From an uncultured Planctomycetia bacterium (GTDB lineage Bacteria > Omnitrophota > Gorgyraeia > Duberdicusellales > 4484-171): DNA of 32,000 nt. The position numbers and the translations under genes are program-made. The notes beneath the pieces were generated by a model. It was not told the DNA's origin. It saw only the letters and a list, made by a program, of their open reading frames with translations, and searched no databases. The stretch spans positions 1 through 32,000 of the forward strand of contig CAZHYN010000001.1 in assembly GCA_964536865.1 (NCBI GenBank). The letters run 5' to 3'. Below, piece after piece: positions 29,326-32,000 of the stretch; the first letter of the stretch is position 1; each line of letters starts with the position of its first letter.

Positions 29326-29537
29326 GCCAAGATTATATTCCTTTAGAGCAACTTTTAGGAGCTAGTGATGGTTCCGTTTATAAACTTGCAGTGTTAGGAG
29401 CAAGGAGGGCACTTCAACTTGCAGATGGGGAAAAGCCTTTAATAGAAAAACCTTCAGAGAAAGCGTTAGAAAACGCTCTAAAAGAGATTGCTCTTAAAAG
29501 AATAAGAGTAGGAGCGAAGTTTGTTAAGAAAAAATAG
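29322..29537 (+). CDS. rpoZ: DNA-directed RNA polymerase subunit omega
   Basis: 71 aa. 'SVYKLAVLGARRALQLADGEKPLI' matches the omega core. It follows gmk, as in many bacteria. Confidence 0.85.
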   Translation: MSQDYIPLEQLLGASDGSVYKLAVLGARRALQLADGEKPLIEKPSEKALENALKEIALKRIRVGAKFVKKK

Positions 29538-29552
29538 AGAGAAAAGAAAAAA

Positions 29553-29624
29553 GGCGGCGTAGCCAAGGGGGAAGGCAGTGGTCTGCAAAACCACTATTCA
29601 GCGGTTCAAATCCGCTCGCCGCCT
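29553..29624 (+). tRNA. tRNA-Cys (anticodon GCA)
   Basis: Acceptor GGCGGCG/CGCCGCC, anticodon stem GTGGT/ACCAC with loop CTGCAAA, T arm AGCGG-TTCAAAT-CCGCT. The discriminator is T, as expected for tRNA-Cys. Confidence 0.9.
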
Positions 29625-29767
29625 TAAAGAAGAATTTTTAGGCGGAGAGGAGAAATAAATTTGTTTGTAGCAAGAGGTTATCTCTATAAGTTATTCCCGC
29701 ACTGCTTACAATTGAAGAGAGTAACATTAGGAAGAATTAAAAGTTGCTGAAGAGGAGAAAGAATTAT

Positions 29768-29853
29768 GGGCGGGTGGCGGAATAGGCAGACGCCTGGGAC
29801 TTAAAATCCCATGTCCCGTAAGGGACGTGAGGGTTCGAGTCCCTCCCCGCCCA
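29768..29853 (+). tRNA. tRNA-Leu (anticodon TAA)
   Basis: Acceptor GGGCGGG/CCCGCCC, anticodon stem TGGGA/TCCCA with loop CTTAAAA, long variable arm GTCCC-GTAA-GGGAC, T arm GAGGG-TTCGAGT-CCCTC. Confidence 0.92.
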
Positions 29854-29945
29854 GGTTAACAAAATTACAGATTTATCAATTATAAATTTCAAATTTTATA
29901 AATTAATTTGTAATCTATAATTGGCTAATTTGAAATTATATTTTT

Positions 29946-30022
29946 GGGCGCATAGCTCAGGTGGCTAGAGCGTCACGTTGACATCGTGAAGGTCAGAGGT
30001 TCAAATCCTCTTGCGCCCACCA
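29946..30022 (+). tRNA. tRNA-Val (anticodon GAC), with CCA encoded
   Basis: Acceptor GGGCGCA/TGCGCCC, D arm GCTC-AGGTGGCTA-GAGC, anticodon stem TCACG/CGTGA with loop TTGACAT, T arm AGAGG-TTCAAAT-CCTCT, then A and CCA. Confidence 0.93.
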
Positions 30023-30038
30023 GATAGGTGAGAGGGGT

Positions 30039-31751
30039 ATGGATTTAGATACATTAAGACATTCTTGTGCGCATATTATGGCTTCGGCAGTAAAGAAACT
30101 TTACCCTCATACTAAGTTAGGGATTGGTCCTGCAATTCAGGATGGTTTTTACTATGACTTTGATATTCCAGAGAAGATAAGAGAAGAAGATCTTCCCCGG
30201 ATTGAGGAGGAGATGAAGAAAATTATTCAGGAGGATTACCCTTTTATAAGGGAAGAGTGGTCGAAGACAAAAGCAGAGGAGTATTTTAAAAAAGAGGGAG
30301 AAGTTTATAAGTTAGAGTTGATTAAAGAAATACCTGGTTCTACAGTTTCTATTTATAGACATAATGATTTCATTGATTTATGTCGGGGCCCCCATATTAG
30401 TTCAACTAAAGAGGTAAAATACTTTAAACTTCTCTCTATTTCGGGAGCCTACTGGCGGGGAGAAGAAAAAGGGCCCCAGCTTATTCGCATTTACGGAACG
30501 GCATTTTTTTCTTCTCAAGAGTTAGAGAAATATCTTCAGAGGTTAAAAGAGATAAGAGAGAGAGACCATCGCCGATTAGGGAAAAACCTGGTTCTTTACG
30601 ATATTTACCATGAAGAAGCTGGTGCAGGTTTAGTCTTCTACTTACCCCAAGGAGCAATTTTAAGGAGAATAATAGAGGATTGGTTGATAGCCGAACATAG
30701 AAGAAGAGAATATCAGTTAGTAGTAACCCCCCATATTATGGATAAAACTCTCTGGGAAAGAAGTGGACACCTTACTCATTATAAGGATTATATGTACTCT
30801 ATTATTAAAGAAAACCAAGAGTTCATTTTAAAACCTATGAATTGTCCAGGGCATATTCTCATTTACAAATCAGAATTGAGAAGCTGGCGCAATTTACCTT
30901 TGAGAATATTTGAGCTAGGTACGGTTTACCGTTACGAAAAGAGTGGTGTTCTCCACGGTCTGCTAAGAGTAAGAGGATTTACTCAAGACGATGCACATAT
31001 TTTTTGTAAGGAAGAAGATTTAGAAGGAGAGATAGAGGCAGTTTTGGATTTTGTAAAGGATGCCATGGATAAGTTTGGGTTCAAAGAGTTTGAAGCAGAG
31101 TTAAGTACTCGACCAGAGGAGTTTATTGGTGAGATAAAGAAATGGAATACCGCTGAACGTATTTTGCAGAGTGTTTTAGAGAAGAAGAAGTTTTTTTACA
31201 AAATAAATGTAGGAGAGGGGGCATTTTACGGGCCTAAGATAGATATAAAGTTGAAGGATGTTTTAAAGAGAAGCTGGCAATGTGCTACTATCCAGCTTGA
31301 CTATAGCCTTCCTGAGAGATTCGAGCTAACTTACCATGCTCGAGATGGTAGAAAAAAGAGGCCTGTGATGATTCATCGAGTAATCTTAGGGAGTTTAGAG
31401 AGGTTTATTGCTACCTTAGTAGAACATTATGCAGGGAAGTTCCCTTTTTGGTTAGCTCCTACCCAGATATGTGTGATAAATATAACTAAAGAGGTGACAG
31501 AGTATGCTAAGGCAGTGAAGGAGAAACTTGCTCAGCACAGTTATCGTGTAGAGATAGATTTAACCGATCAAACTCTAGAGAGGAAGATCAGAGAAAAGGA
31601 GCTTAAAAAGATTCCTTATCTTGTAGTAGTAGGGAAAAGAGAAAAGGAGAGAAATCTAATTTCAGTAAGAGAGAGGGGGAAGAAACAATTAGGAGAGATG
31701 TCCATTGAAGAGTTTATAAGTATTTTAAAAAAAGAGGAGGTGGGCAATTAG
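30039..31751 (+). CDS. thrS: Threonine--tRNA ligase lacking the N-terminal TGS domain
   Basis: 570 aa. It starts directly in the editing domain ('[13 protein letters not shown]...[12 protein letters not shown]'). Class II motifs are present: 'DHRRLGK', 'FRNL PLR'-type '[18 protein letters not shown]', '[10 protein letters not shown]' and 'GAFYGPKID'. Only 16 nt separate it from the upstream tRNA. Confidence 0.95.
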   Translation: MDLDTLRHSCAHIMASAVKKLYPHTKLGIGPAIQDGFYYDFDIPEKIREEDLPRIEEEMKKIIQEDYPFIREEWSKTKAEEYFKKEGEVYKLELIKEIPGSTVSIYRHNDFIDLCRGPHISSTKEVKYFKLLSISGAYWRGEEKGPQLIRIYGTAFFSSQELEKYLQRLKEIRERDHRRLGKNLVLYDIYHEEAGAGLVFYLPQGAILRRIIEDWLIAEHRRREYQLVVTPHIMDKTLWERSGHLTHYKDYMYSIIKENQEFILKPMNCPGHILIYKSELRSWRNLPLRIFELGTVYRYEKSGVLHGLLRVRGFTQDDAHIFCKEEDLEGEIEAVLDFVKDAMDKFGFKEFEAELSTRPEEFIGEIKKWNTAERILQSVLEKKKFFYKINVGEGAFYGPKIDIKLKDVLKRSWQCATIQLDYSLPERFELTYHARDGRKKRPVMIHRVILGSLERFIATLVEHYAGKFPFWLAPTQICVINITKEVTEYAKAVKEKLAQHSYRVEIDLTDQTLERKIREKELKKIPYLVVVGKREKERNLISVRERGKKQLGEMSIEEFISILKKEEVGN

Positions 31752-32000
31752 AAAAGGTATCCGAGTTAATGAAAGAATTTTCGCTAAAACAGTCAGGCTT
31801 ATTGGGCCTAATGGAGAGCAGTTAGGTATTTTCCCTCGTGATTTAGCTTTGAGAAAAGCTGAAGAATTTGAGTTAGATTTGGTAGAAGTAGCTCCTCAAG
31901 CAGATCCTCCTGTATGTAGAATAATGGATTTTGCTAAGTATAAATATGAGCAAGAAAAGAAAGAAAGAGAAGCTAAGCGCCATCATCGTCATGCCCAGCT
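31747..32000 (+). CDS. infC: Translation initiation factor IF-3 (5' partial, runs off the window), ATT start codon
   Basis: Hand translation from ATT at 31747-31749 gives (M)[76 protein letters not shown]. This matches the IF-3 N-domain. A GAGGAGGTG Shine-Dalgarno sequence lies 5-6 nt upstream. The ATT overlaps the thrS TAG stop. Confidence 0.9.
   Translation, partial: MRKGIRVNERIFAKTVRLIGPNGEQLGIFPRDLALRKAEEFELDLVEVAPQADPPVCRIMDFAKYKYEQEKKEREAKRHHRHAQ

Noticed and set aside
29625-29767. Possible degenerate tRNA or small RNA in the 143-nt tRNA-Cys/tRNA-Leu spacer (it starts 'ggcggagagg', resembling the tRNA-Cys 5' end)
   Set aside because: I could not fold a cloverleaf or find a matching 3' acceptor strand. 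The resemblance is limited to about 6 nt.
29881-29940. Inverted repeat TATAAATTTCAAATT ... AATTTGAAATTATA between tRNA-Leu and tRNA-Val
   Set aside because: It is pure A/T sequence in a very AT-rich spacer, with a 31-nt loop and each arm nearly self-palindromic. I cannot distinguish it from low-complexity chance pairing or a promoter UP-like region.

Overview
This window is the chromosomal replication-origin region of a low-GC bacterium that uses the standard genetic code (TGA, TAA and TAG all act as stops). Genes diverge from the dnaA/rpmH intergenic region at about 23.8 kb.

Leftward on the minus strand:
- dnaA, dnaN, a DUF721/DciA-like gene, gyrB, gyrA, tRNA-Glu, glmS and rsmI.
- A tightly packed block: a PAC2-like protein, a THEP1-NTPase::NnrE fusion, and a nine-gene V/A-type ATPase operon in the order G-I-K-E-C-F-A-B-D.
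- tRNA-Val(TAC), a frameshifted four-helix-bundle (23S-IVS/Avd-like) gene, and tRNA-Asp.

Rightward on the plus strand:
- rpmH, yidD and yidC, with no rnpA.
- A parS-like palindrome, then parA, parB, ndk, yicC, gmk and rpoZ.
- tRNA-Cys, tRNA-Leu and tRNA-Val(GAC), then thrS and the 5' part of infC, which starts with ATT.

Most notable observations:
1. An apparently intact 522-aa LAGLIDADG intein splits the Walker A motif (GPFGSGK|T) of the V-ATPase A subunit.
2. Downstream of tRNA-Asp lie two tandem units of about 140 bp. Each ends in a copy of the tRNA 3' end and carries a three-way-junction fold with compensatory hairpin substitutions.
3. An archaeal-flavoured gene block (PAC2-like, THEP1::NnrE fusion, V/A-ATPase with a Na+-type K subunit) appears to be co-transcribed.
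4. A bipartite set of DnaA boxes flanks dnaA.

I saw no CRISPR array, transposase or rRNA. All family calls come from reading motifs by eye; no database search was possible.
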